Below are positions 32,730 to 53,836 of a stretch of DNA of 64,000 nt, piece after piece. The first letter of the stretch is position 1, and each line of letters starts with the position of its first letter. Origin of the DNA: a virus; the IMG/VR virus record IMGVR_UViG_3300014502_000006, positions 11,147 through 75,146 of that record. One strand, written 5' to 3'. The notes beneath the pieces are model-generated. The model worked only from the letters and a program-made list of their open reading frames with translations. It was not told where the DNA came from and did not search any database. The position numbers and the translations under genes are program-made.

Positions 32730-34109
32730 TTATGCAGGATAGATGCGAGCAAAAGAATATGCAAGGGTTATACCACCCGCATTAGCCCACTTTAGGGTTA
32801 CATCTCCTCCAGTTCCCCATCCGCCTGTTGTATAAACACATCTTCTATAAGTACAAGCCTGTTTCCAAGAACCATCTGGCGATTGTCCACCCCACCAGCT
32901 TGTGGAATAAGGGGATACTATCTCTTGATTTGCGACATCTGCGATATAGTTATTCCCTGAATTATTCCAACCACCAACAACTCCCCACAACATTTCATCC
33001 GCACCCAATGTGATTGTTGTAGTGATTGGGTCTGACGCTCCTGTACTACCAGAACCGGTGGCAGCAGTCGTTTGGTTAACCCCGAACATGCTCACGCACC
33101 AATATGAACCCCACATATCACTAGCACCTACGGTTTGGAAATCAACTGTATTTGCTCCTGTAGATGGATTTTTTTTATAAAAAATATAACTATATGTACT
33201 ACCGGTGACACGTGTATCTAGTTGTGTCATTGCAGCACCGTTATAGGTAGCCGTGATAGTATCATTACCACCAACTCCATATGATACAAATAAAAACAGT
33301 GCCCTGTTACCGAATTCAGTACCCACTGTATGCGTCCAACTTACATCATTAGCTCCAGATGTTGTTCCATAAGTTATATTGTCCAATAGGATTGGAGGAG
33401 GAGCGGGATTTGCATATTGTTTCAGCATTAATCCAACATGAACATTTGGGGTACTAGGATAACCCCAAGTTATTGCTTCCGTGTTAGTTCCGGTAAGAAG
33501 GCTACATTCTGCTACTGAGAGGTTGCCGGTAACGCCGTTAGCGTCTATTACCATTGTTGAAGGTGAGTTAGCAAAAAGAGGGTCGGTTTGTCCTAGTGTT
33601 GCAAAAAAACTCACACACACATCACCGGGTACGGGTTTGAACTTTATTGTTGAACTAACCCTAGTATAATAATCTTTGACACATTCACCAATACTACCTA
33701 CATTATCCCAAGAACTGGCAACAAAAGCCATATCTTGTGCAACCGCAGTGGTTACCACTACGTTGTGTGCCCCTGATGCCGGGAGATTCGTTTCCAATAA
33801 ATACCATATTTGAATGGCTATATCTCCTTGCAAGTTATCGGTAATACAGCATGTCATTGATGTAGCATTATATGTAACTCCTGTGGCATAACCACTAGAA
33901 CGATACGCTGTAGCTACAAGAAGGCATCTGCTGAAATTTCCATCGATTGTATGGCTGAACGTGGAAGTTGTTTCTCCGCCCACATATGTTACATACTTAG
34001 TTACAGCATCCAAAGTAGGACTAAGAACTACTGTTTTTTGATTATCGGGTAGCCCAAAACTATCAAGTTGCCCGACATTGTATCTCATTCTTTCGTGTGT
34101 TATTGCCAT
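32730..34109 (-). CDS. Putative virion/fibre-tip protein with two tandem beta-sandwich repeats
   Basis: Internal duplication SHT.....R.L.V...Y......TYN...MT......I.Y...P..GA..V. Confidence 0.55.
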   Translation of the reverse strand: MAITHERMRYNVGQLDSFGLPDNQKTVVLSPTLDAVTKYVTYVGGETTSTFSHTIDGNFSRCLLVATAYRSSGYATGVTYNATSMTCCITDNLQGDIAIQIWYLLETNLPASGAHNVVVTTAVAQDMAFVASSWDNVGSIGECVKDYYTRVSSTIKFKPVPGDVCVSFFATLGQTDPLFANSPSTMVIDANGVTGNLSVAECSLLTGTNTEAITWGYPSTPNVHVGLMLKQYANPAPPPILLDNITYGTTSGANDVSWTHTVGTEFGNRALFLFVSYGVGGNDTITATYNGAAMTQLDTRVTGSTYSYIFYKKNPSTGANTVDFQTVGASDMWGSYWCVSMFGVNQTTAATGSGSTGASDPITTTITLGADEMLWGVVGGWNNSGNNYIADVANQEIVSPYSTSWWGGQSPDGSWKQACTYRRCVYTTGGWGTGGDVTLKWANAGGITLAYSFARIYPA

Positions 34110-34110
34110 A

Positions 34111-34461
34111 TTACGTTATCCTATTTACAAAACCGTGTATCACCATTTTGTTTGCAACAGATGCAAACGCTGTGACAACCAGAGAATTTTGTAATACCAA
34201 TCCGGGTACAACAAGCATCAAGCCGTTATTGGCTTCAACATAATTAATGATGTTGCCGTTTGGCACGGTAGTTTCACCCCACTCGATAGTTAATTTACCT
34301 CTTTGAGTATCGCTGTTAAAACAATACAACCATATTTCGTCCCAACTTGAAGTGCCAGTTACCGCTGTATGAATGGTAGTACCGGTGGTAGCCGTAGCTA
34401 CCACCTTTATGCCTTTTCCGTTTGTACTACCTGATAGAATTACTTTAGCAAAAGTTGACAT
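34111..34461 (-). CDS. Small virion protein following the giant fibre
   Basis: MSTFAKVILSGSTNGKGIKVVATAT.GTTIHT...DEIWLY; resembles small proteins I recall following fibres that end in QVQIFS. Confidence 0.55.
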   Translation of the reverse strand: MSTFAKVILSGSTNGKGIKVVATATTGTTIHTAVTGTSSWDEIWLYCFNSDTQRGKLTIEWGETTVPNGNIINYVEANNGLMLVVPGLVLQNSLVVTAFASVANKMVIHGFVNRIT

Positions 34462-34472
34462 TTAGGTAACTC

Positions 34473-48658
<14,186 letters not shown>

Positions 48659-48698
48659 GTTTTCCTCCTTTCCCGCCATTTTGAGACGAAATTAAAAA

Positions 48699-49193
48699 TC
48701 AGCCCAACCCTACGGGGGTTGTTGGATTCGTGTTTGTGGTTGTTGTGGTGCTACCGCCAGTATTATCAGAAGGATTGGTAGTAGTTGTTATAGTGCTACC
48801 GCTGCCTGTATTATCGGAAGGGCTGGTGGTAGTCGTTGTGGTAGTATTTGAATCATCGGATAAAGATAAAACTTCTGCTTCGATATAAGCAGAAAGAATA
48901 TCTTGGCCTATTATGATTTTTCTACCCGTAAGTATCTTGGTAGCCGTATCCATCGCATATTGTTTTCTATCGGTTATTTTTTTGGCATTGTATAATTGTT
49001 GTGCCGCACTCACCGCCATATTAGCAACAAATTTTATTTGTTCTCCCCTATCACCTGTTAGTTTTAATCTTGCTATATTGGTGTTTGCAGCAGCCAGTTG
49101 TATTCTTTTCGTAAGCAATATTCCAACCGCAGCAGCGATGGGGAGTAAAAGTGCAGATGCAATTGATGCAAGAACAGGCCAGAATGCTTCCAT
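48699..49193 (-). CDS. Putative holin (LLH-like) with Thr-rich tail
   Basis: Single N-terminal TM segment, AVSAAQQLY...RKQYA...IEAEV pattern. Confidence 0.55.
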   Translation of the reverse strand: MEAFWPVLASIASALLLPIAAAVGILLTKRIQLAAANTNIARLKLTGDRGEQIKFVANMAVSAAQQLYNAKKITDRKQYAMDTATKILTGRKIIIGQDILSAYIEAEVLSLSDDSNTTTTTTTSPSDNTGSGSTITTTTNPSDNTGGSTTTTTNTNPTTPVGLG

Positions 49194-49216
49194 AATAACC
49201 TCCTTCTTTGGATAAC

Positions 49217-49247
49217 AAAAAACTCCTACTAAAAAGTAGGAGTTTTT
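49217..49247. terminator. Bidirectional intrinsic terminator
   Basis: AAAAAA-CTCCTACT-AAAA-AGTAGGAG-TTTTT. Confidence 0.75.
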
Positions 49248-49260
49248 AAAAATTTTATAG

Positions 49261-49332
49261 AGCCGAATAGTGGAATTGCACCACTTACATTCTCTTTACA
49301 AGGGAGACGTTCTACTGGTGAACTAATCCGGC
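49261..49332 (-). tRNA. tRNA-Thr(UGU), atypical D- and T-loops
   Basis: GCCGGAT/ATTCGGC acceptor, GTTC/GAAC D stem, loop CTTGTAA, AGTGG-TGCAATT-CCACT T arm; CCA not encoded. Confidence 0.8.
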
Positions 49333-49372
49333 ATTTTGGGGGAAGTAAATTTCCCCCTTTATTGCGAGTACC

Positions 49373-49597
49373 CTAGCCTCGACAGCTACAATCTTTTCTT
49401 TCAATTTCGGTAAGGTCAAGCGGATAGCTGCATAGTATTTCACATACTACGTCTTGCCATGCGTGCCTTACTTCTTCAGATAATTCGTCAAATGGGATGG
49501 TTTCACCCATCCCATTTTTCCCAACCATTTCGTCCAAATATCTATGATAGGCTTCATAAGCCTTACGTGCTAAGATTTCTCTAGCCCACTTTTCCAA
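49373..49597 (-). CDS. Small hypothetical protein
   Basis: 74-aa ORF with TTG start and GGAGG RBS. Confidence 0.5.
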   Translation of the reverse strand: MEKWAREILARKAYEAYHRYLDEMVGKNGMGETIPFDELSEEVRHAWQDVVCEILCSYPLDLTEIERKDCSCRG

Positions 49598-49762
49598 TGA
49601 AACCTCCTTCTATTCGTCAAAACAGGTACGGCAGGGGTCTGACCAAAACCACATCCTCCTATAAAACTTCACCCCAATAAACCTAACTGGAATAAAACTC
49701 GATAAAAGAATGCCGCTTTACCGCTGGTTGGGCTGACCTGATATGCCCCCGAAGGGACTGCA

Positions 49763-51244
49763 CTACACTGCAATGCAGTCGTACTTCGGGTCGCTCAAAG
49801 TTTCTACCATCATGTCGTATGGGGTCAAGCCAACACCCTTCAAGATTGCCTTGAAAACGCTAGGTGACTGACCGGAAGCCAACTGGACACCGTGCTCGTC
49901 CATTTCGGCATGGAATACATTTCTGTTGCGTGAGTCTACCTGCCAGTAGACCATGTTAGGCAACTCGTAACCTGCACGAGCAAACTTCTCCTTCATCGCC
50001 TTGTTGAAAGTCTTTCCTCTGCTGTTTTCAGCAGAATCAATTTCCATATCGGAAATGATGATGATAGACTTTGGCATATCCGCCTGTGGCACACTGTACT
50101 TTACAGCAGTATCCAGAACTAGCTCGAATACAGCCTGTAGGTTGGTGTTCGCCACAATGGATGGCACGCACTTAATCTTGTCCTTAAGCGTCTTACCGGT
50201 CAAGGTAACGAAGCTAGGACTCTCGGAGAAGGTAATGAACTGGTTCTTGAACTGACCGGTGTTGCGCTCAGCAAAGTAGACAGCCAAGCCAACAGAGGTG
50301 CAGATAGGGCGACCTTCCATAGAGCCGGAAGTATCAGCAACGATAAGTACATTGTCGCCATCTTCCACATAGTTAGGAAGTGCCTTCCACTGCTCTTCAA
50401 GAACTTCATCCCAACTGCTCATGTTGAACTTTCCACCATAGCCGTAGCCAAAACCGAACCCCATCTTCTCGAAGAGGTCGTATGGATACAGGGTAGCAGA
50501 GTGAATAACTGCTTCACCCTTCTGTACCTTGGTGATGAATGAAGTGAAGCCCTCAGGGTCGTGGCGACCAAAAGCCTTGCGATAGTTCGCCATAGCCTTG
50601 CTAGGTACTGCGGAGTAGTTAATCTTATCCCATGCCTTTGCAGACATGAAAACTTCGGTCAACTTCAACCAGCCACGAAGCATAGCCAGATGCTTACGGT
50701 AATCGCGCTCGCTGTAGCCAATGTGCTTGGCGGTCAACTTACCAAGCTTGCGAGATTCCGGGCTACTGGTATTAATGGACTTCAACCACTTAGCCATTAA
50801 AGAGATAGGCTGTCCATGCTCGTAAGCGTTAATATCCTTGCTCCACTGCTCGGCAATCAAACCCCAAGCAATGCCCTCGGCTTCTGTTCCGATGAACGAA
50901 TAGATATCATCCCAACGTCCGAACTCAGGGATGTGTGCCATGTTTCGAATCATAGTGTCACGATGGGTACTGGCAAGCCAAGCCCACATGCGGCGTGCAA
51001 CTTCACGCTCGCCCAAACCACCACGCACGTTACGCGCGTAGAAAGAAAGCTTGGTGGCAAGCAACGGATTTTCGTTGTATGCCTTCTCGAACATGGAGTC
51101 CACATCATGTGGGCGGGTGCGCAATGCGCCTACCACGCCGAACAAGTCCAGTAAAGGACTTCCGGTAGAGCCAATGGCATCCGCACCATTCTCAGTGCGA
51201 GTCCAACTGGAGTTAGTAGCAAGTCGCTGTGCAAAAGTATTCAT
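49763..51244 (-). CDS. DUF2828-family TROVE/Ro60-like protein with C-terminal vWA domain
   Basis: TENG, LDLF, ARNVRGGLGER, PEFGRWDD, AKWLKS, YRK.L..LR, YSAVPSKAM motifs; vWA MIDAS ADTSGSM...NTN...ISDME.D. ATG at 51244 with GGAG RBS. Confidence 0.85.
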   Translation of the reverse strand: MNTFAQRLATNSSWTRTENGADAIGSTGSPLLDLFGVVGALRTRPHDVDSMFEKAYNENPLLATKLSFYARNVRGGLGEREVARRMWAWLASTHRDTMIRNMAHIPEFGRWDDIYSFIGTEAEGIAWGLIAEQWSKDINAYEHGQPISLMAKWLKSINTSSPESRKLGKLTAKHIGYSERDYRKHLAMLRGWLKLTEVFMSAKAWDKINYSAVPSKAMANYRKAFGRHDPEGFTSFITKVQKGEAVIHSATLYPYDLFEKMGFGFGYGYGGKFNMSSWDEVLEEQWKALPNYVEDGDNVLIVADTSGSMEGRPICTSVGLAVYFAERNTGQFKNQFITFSESPSFVTLTGKTLKDKIKCVPSIVANTNLQAVFELVLDTAVKYSVPQADMPKSIIIISDMEIDSAENSRGKTFNKAMKEKFARAGYELPNMVYWQVDSRNRNVFHAEMDEHGVQLASGQSPSVFKAILKGVGLTPYDMMVETLSDPKYDCIAV

Positions 51245-51274
51245 TTTCAAAAGTCTCCTTTAAAGAATTTTACT

Positions 51275-51332
51275 AGACGCATATAAACGAGTCAAATTTG
51301 CGGTTTGATTGGTTGGGTTGCTGTTAGCGTCT
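51275..51332 (-). ncRNA. CAGCAA-scaffold small RNA unit 6 of array (cargo: anticodon-arm-like hairpin, loop CCGCAAA)
   Basis: AGACGC-TAA-CAGCAACCC...TCAAA-CCGCAAA-TTTGA...GCGTCT. Confidence 0.7.
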
Positions 51333-51350
51333 TAATAATTTAAATTTGTC

Positions 51351-51483
51351 ACGACAGTTTTCCCACTTTTTGTTTTACAAGAGAAGCTGGAAACTCTTTT
51401 TTTCTGAGAGTAGGCTTTCGCCCCTCTTTCAGAATCATGAGTTGTGACGTGTTAGGTCTGTTTTGGGTTGCTGAGCCTGTCGT
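51351..51483 (-). ncRNA. CAGCAA-scaffold small RNA unit 5 of array (long cargo, GAAA tetraloop hairpin)
   Basis: ACGACAG-GCT-CAGCAACCC...GGGC-GAAA-GCCT...CTGTCGT-GA. Confidence 0.7.
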
Positions 51484-51504
51484 TAGTACTTTTTTTAATA
51501 TATC

Positions 51505-51602
51505 ACGGCGGTTCTTTTTTTCCCCGCCTACGGGGAGTAAAATCCCGTTGGGATTTTATTGGATTCGAACCAATCAGTATTTTGGGTTGCTGCACCCGCC
51601 GT
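51505..51602 (-). ncRNA. CAGCAA-scaffold small RNA unit 4 of array (cargo: canonical T-arm plus two hairpins)
   Basis: ACGGCGG-GTG-CAGCAACCC...ATTGG-TTCGAAT-CCAAT...CCGCCGT-GA. Confidence 0.75.
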
Positions 51603-51617
51603 TCTTTATAATTCCTC

Positions 51618-51672
51618 AAGACCCTTATTTATCAATTAACAGTTGATTTATTTTGGTTGCTGTCCGGGTCTT
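51618..51672 (-). ncRNA. CAGCAA-scaffold small RNA unit 3 of array (cargo: tRNA-Asn-like anticodon arm)
   Basis: AAGACCC-GGA-CAGCAACC...ATCAA-CTGTTAA-TTGAT...GGGTCTT-GA. Confidence 0.75.
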
Positions 51673-51690
51673 CTTACTTTATAATTCATC

Positions 51691-51747
51691 ACGACCCATT
51701 TAAGATTCTTCTGATAGAATTTTTTATTGGGTTGCTGTTAGGGTCGT
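51691..51747 (-). ncRNA. CAGCAA-scaffold small RNA unit 2 of array
   Basis: ACGACCC-TAA-CAGCAACCC...ATTCT-ATCAGA-AGAAT...GGGTCGT-GA. Confidence 0.75.
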
Positions 51748-51762
51748 ATTTTATAATTTCTC

Positions 51763-51819
51763 AAGGCTCTATTTTTTTCCAGTTTTCATATTGGTTTTTT
51801 GGGTTGCTGTATGAGCCTT
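51763..51819 (-). ncRNA. CAGCAA-scaffold small RNA unit 1 of array
   Basis: AAGGCTC-ATA-CAGCAACCC...CCAAT-ATGAAA-ACTGG...GAGCCTT-GA. Confidence 0.75.
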
Positions 51820-51834
51820 TCAAATCATATTACT

Positions 51835-51863
51835 ATTATACCACACTTTTCGATTTTTGTCAA
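51835..51863 (-). promoter_or_regulatory. Consensus sigma70/sigmaA promoter for the RNA array and DUF2828 gene
   Basis: TTGACA-17 bp-TATAAT with TG extended -10. Confidence 0.85.
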
Positions 51864-51917
51864 GGGTAAAAAGCATTTTCCATTGGCATAAAAGTAAGAT
51901 TTTAAATTACAATATAT

Positions 51918-52076
51918 TTATAGCAGTCCAAGTAAATGTAGTATTACCAAAATGATTATGATAACAATCAGAGTGTGAATCCAATTACCGGTTGCAGGAA
52001 AGTTGGGAAATATATTTCCACCAAACGCACCAAGCAACCAAAGAATAAGTAAAATTATAATAATTGTCCACAACAT
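51918..52076 (-). CDS. Small membrane protein, lmo0937/DUF5670-like (52 aa)
   Basis: Translated by hand: MLWTIIIILLILWLLGAFGGNIFPNFPATGNWIHTLIVIIIILVILHLLGLL; below the ORF-track length cutoff. Confidence 0.7.
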   Translation of the reverse strand: MLWTIIIILLILWLLGAFGGNIFPNFPATGNWIHTLIVIIIILVILHLLGLL

Positions 52077-52088
52077 GATATTACCTGT

Positions 52089-52232
52089 TTACCAAGGGAT
52101 AAAGGCAGCAACAACAAAAGCAAAACCTAAATTCATAAAATCAATCGGGACATTTTTAGGAACTCCAAATGCTTTCAAGACAAAACAAATAAGTGCTATA
52201 ATCAAAAAAACAATCGAAAGACTAAGCTTCAT
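52089..52232 (-). CDS. Small two-TM membrane protein (47 aa)
   Basis: MKLSLSIVFLIIALICFVLKAFGVPKNVPIDFMNLGFAFVVAAFIPW with AGGAG RBS. Confidence 0.6.
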   Translation of the reverse strand: MKLSLSIVFLIIALICFVLKAFGVPKNVPIDFMNLGFAFVVAAFIPW

Positions 52233-52347
52233 TTTTTATCTCCTCTCTTAAACCAAGAATACTCATCTTATCGGTATATCGCTTGCATATCGTCTAGATG
52301 TGACAGTGTAATTCGCTTTTATTATAATAAAACTTATATTTTATGCT

Positions 52348-52414
52348 AGACACATTTTAGGGGTTGAACCTATCTGCCCGAAGGCATTTAACCTAGAGAT
52401 TGCTGTATGTGTCT
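52348..52414 (-). ncRNA. Orphan CAGCAA-scaffold small RNA (unit 7) with UUCG hairpin and T-arm
   Basis: AGACAC-ATA-CAGCAAT...TGCC-TTCG-GGCA-GA-TAGG-TTCAACC-CCTA...GTGTCT. Confidence 0.65.
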
Positions 52415-52418
52415 GAGG

Positions 52419-52489
52419 CAGGTAGTGAGAGACTTGAACTCCCATCAAGAGTTTTGGAGACAATTATCCTTCCATTAGACGAACCACCT
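52419..52489 (-). tRNA. tRNA-Trp(CCA), anticodon stem with two mismatches (possibly degenerate)
   Basis: AGGTGGT/ACTACCT acceptor, loop CTCCAAA, T-loop TTCAAGT; anticodon stem ATTGT/ACTCT. Confidence 0.6.
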
Positions 52490-52645
52490 GAGTAGAGGCT
52501 TTAAACCCTATTTAGAATACGGGCCTCTGGTATATACTTTTTTAGCCGCGGGGCGGCGAGTTTTAGGCCATGAAAGGCGAGTGCTTTTCCTGCCCCAAGT
52601 TTTACTGTTTCCGTGTACTATTCGCATTTTATTTTCCTTTGTTGA

Positions 52646-52828
52646 CTATGTTTAGAACTGGTAAACTGCTGGCTTACATGGGATACGCTGAATCGGGTAT
52701 CGTCCTCACAGCCGTTCGATATTAAGGCGATTTTTATTATCGCCTGTCCTTATGTCCAATATGCAGTTTTTCGAGACTACCTTGTTCCGATACTCATCCT
52801 CCCCATTGAAGGAGGCATCTAAACATAG
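52646..52828 (-). ncRNA. Candidate ~183-nt structured RNA
   Basis: Perfect 11-bp terminal stem CTATGTTTAGA/TCTAAACATAG enclosing several hairpins; no ORF. Confidence 0.4.
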
Positions 52829-52830
52829 AG

Positions 52831-52904
52831 TGGAGTAGATGGGACTTGAACCCACAACCTTCTCAATGCCATTGAGACGCGCTCGCCAATTGCGCTACAA
52901 CCCC
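52831..52904 (-). tRNA. tRNA-Ala(GGC)
   Basis: GGGGTTG/CTACTCC-A acceptor with G3:U70, GCGC D stem, TCTCA-ATGGCAT-TGAGA, GTGGG-TTCAAGT-CCCAT. Confidence 0.9.
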
Positions 52905-53048
52905 ATGCCCTGCGTTTTGAACAGTCGCAGGAACTGTGGAGAGATGAGGCAAGACCTCATGCTCTCTCCGCCACTTGCATTTGATAGATACAAGAAACTA
53001 TGCTCTCTCGGCCACCAACATTTTAAAAATGCTGGAAACTTTGTTCAG

Positions 53049-53122
53049 TGGACACGGCGAGATTTGAACTCGCAACTCTTTCTTGCAAAGGAAGTGTTTT
53101 CCCGGTTGGCTACTACGCGCCC
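53049..53122 (-). tRNA. tRNA-Ala(UGC), weak D arm
   Basis: GGGCGCG/CGTGTCC-A with G3:U70, loop TTTGCAA, GCGAG-TTCAAAT-CTCGC. Confidence 0.8.
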
Positions 53123-53375
53123 ATGTCGCTCTCCTTACCCATTTTACTCTCAATCGAAACCTCAGCCTCTACGCCAACTACACGTAGCCTAGCTGTGGTG
53201 CTATCCCTTGTAAGGTAGGGTCTGAACGGCTTTCGTCAGTTTTACTAACAGAGCGTTTATTAAAATTAAAGCAGATTTTTATCCCATCATCCCAATGCTC
53301 CCCGGCAACTGCCAGAGCGGTCATAGCGATGACTGAAATCTGCGAAACAGTCAGTCACGGTCTTGCGATGAATAT

Positions 53376-53404
53376 ATTATACCACGTTCTTGCACTATTG
53401 TCAA
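53376..53404 (-). promoter_or_regulatory. Consensus sigma70/sigmaA promoter (downstream of tandem pair)
   Basis: TTGACA-17 bp-TATAAT with TG extension. Confidence 0.85.
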
Positions 53405-53435
53405 GCGGGAACATTCTATCGCTAACCTTATATTT

Positions 53436-53464
53436 ATTATACCACAGAATCCTTAGTTTGTCAA
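53436..53464 (-). promoter_or_regulatory. Consensus sigma70/sigmaA promoter (upstream of tandem pair)
   Basis: TTGACA-17 bp-TATAAT with TG extension, exactly 60 bp from the other. Confidence 0.85.
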
Positions 53465-53473
53465 GGGTTCAGT

Positions 53474-53821
53474 TTAGGGAACAGGAGGAGTAGGAGGAGT
53501 AGTGACTGCAACTGCGGCGGCAAGTGCTGCGGTCTTTGCATCCAACTCTGCGGCTAAATCCACCAACTTCTGATTATCAATTCCGTCTGCGGCTAGTTCT
53601 GCGGAGATGGCGGTAATCTGTGCTGACAAACCTTCCAAAAGGGCAATTGCTGAATCCTCAACACCTTCCGTATTCTGTACCTCAACGATTAAAGCGTCTA
53701 ATTGTGCTGACATTTTTATTTCCTCCTTATTTATTGAACCTAAAAGATTAATTATTTTATCCAGTTTATTTAAAAGCAATTCTTTAAAACGATATTCATT
53801 TCCTTCATACATATCCATCAC
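53474..53821 (-). CDS. Ala-rich coiled-coil protein
   Basis: MSAQLDALIVEV....VEDSAIALL...LAAAVA pattern; an internal AAGGAGG precedes MSAQ, so a second start is likely. Confidence 0.55.
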   Translation of the reverse strand: MMDMYEGNEYRFKELLLNKLDKIINLLGSINKEEIKMSAQLDALIVEVQNTEGVEDSAIALLEGLSAQITAISAELAADGIDNQKLVDLAAELDAKTAALAAAVAVTTPPTPPVP

Positions 53822-53836
53822 ATAAGCCCTCCTTTT

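Noticed and set aside
51275-51819. Reading the repeat array as a CRISPR array
   Set aside because: The constant part is only 8-9 nt, unit length varies from 55 to 133 nt, the flanks covary as stems rather than repeating, and there are no cas genes in the window.
51275-51819. Reading the array units as ordinary tRNA genes or terminators
   Set aside because: No unit has a full cloverleaf; the stems enclose large loops and lack U-tracts on the transcribed strand.
52831-53122. tmRNA, suggested by Ala-type acceptor stems
   Set aside because: Both are complete tRNA-sized cloverleafs with anticodon arms; no tag reading frame was identified.
51437-53192. Plus-strand ORFs 51437, 51657, 52003 and 52839
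   Set aside because: Antisense to the RNA units, small membrane genes and tRNAs, with no recognisable protein features.
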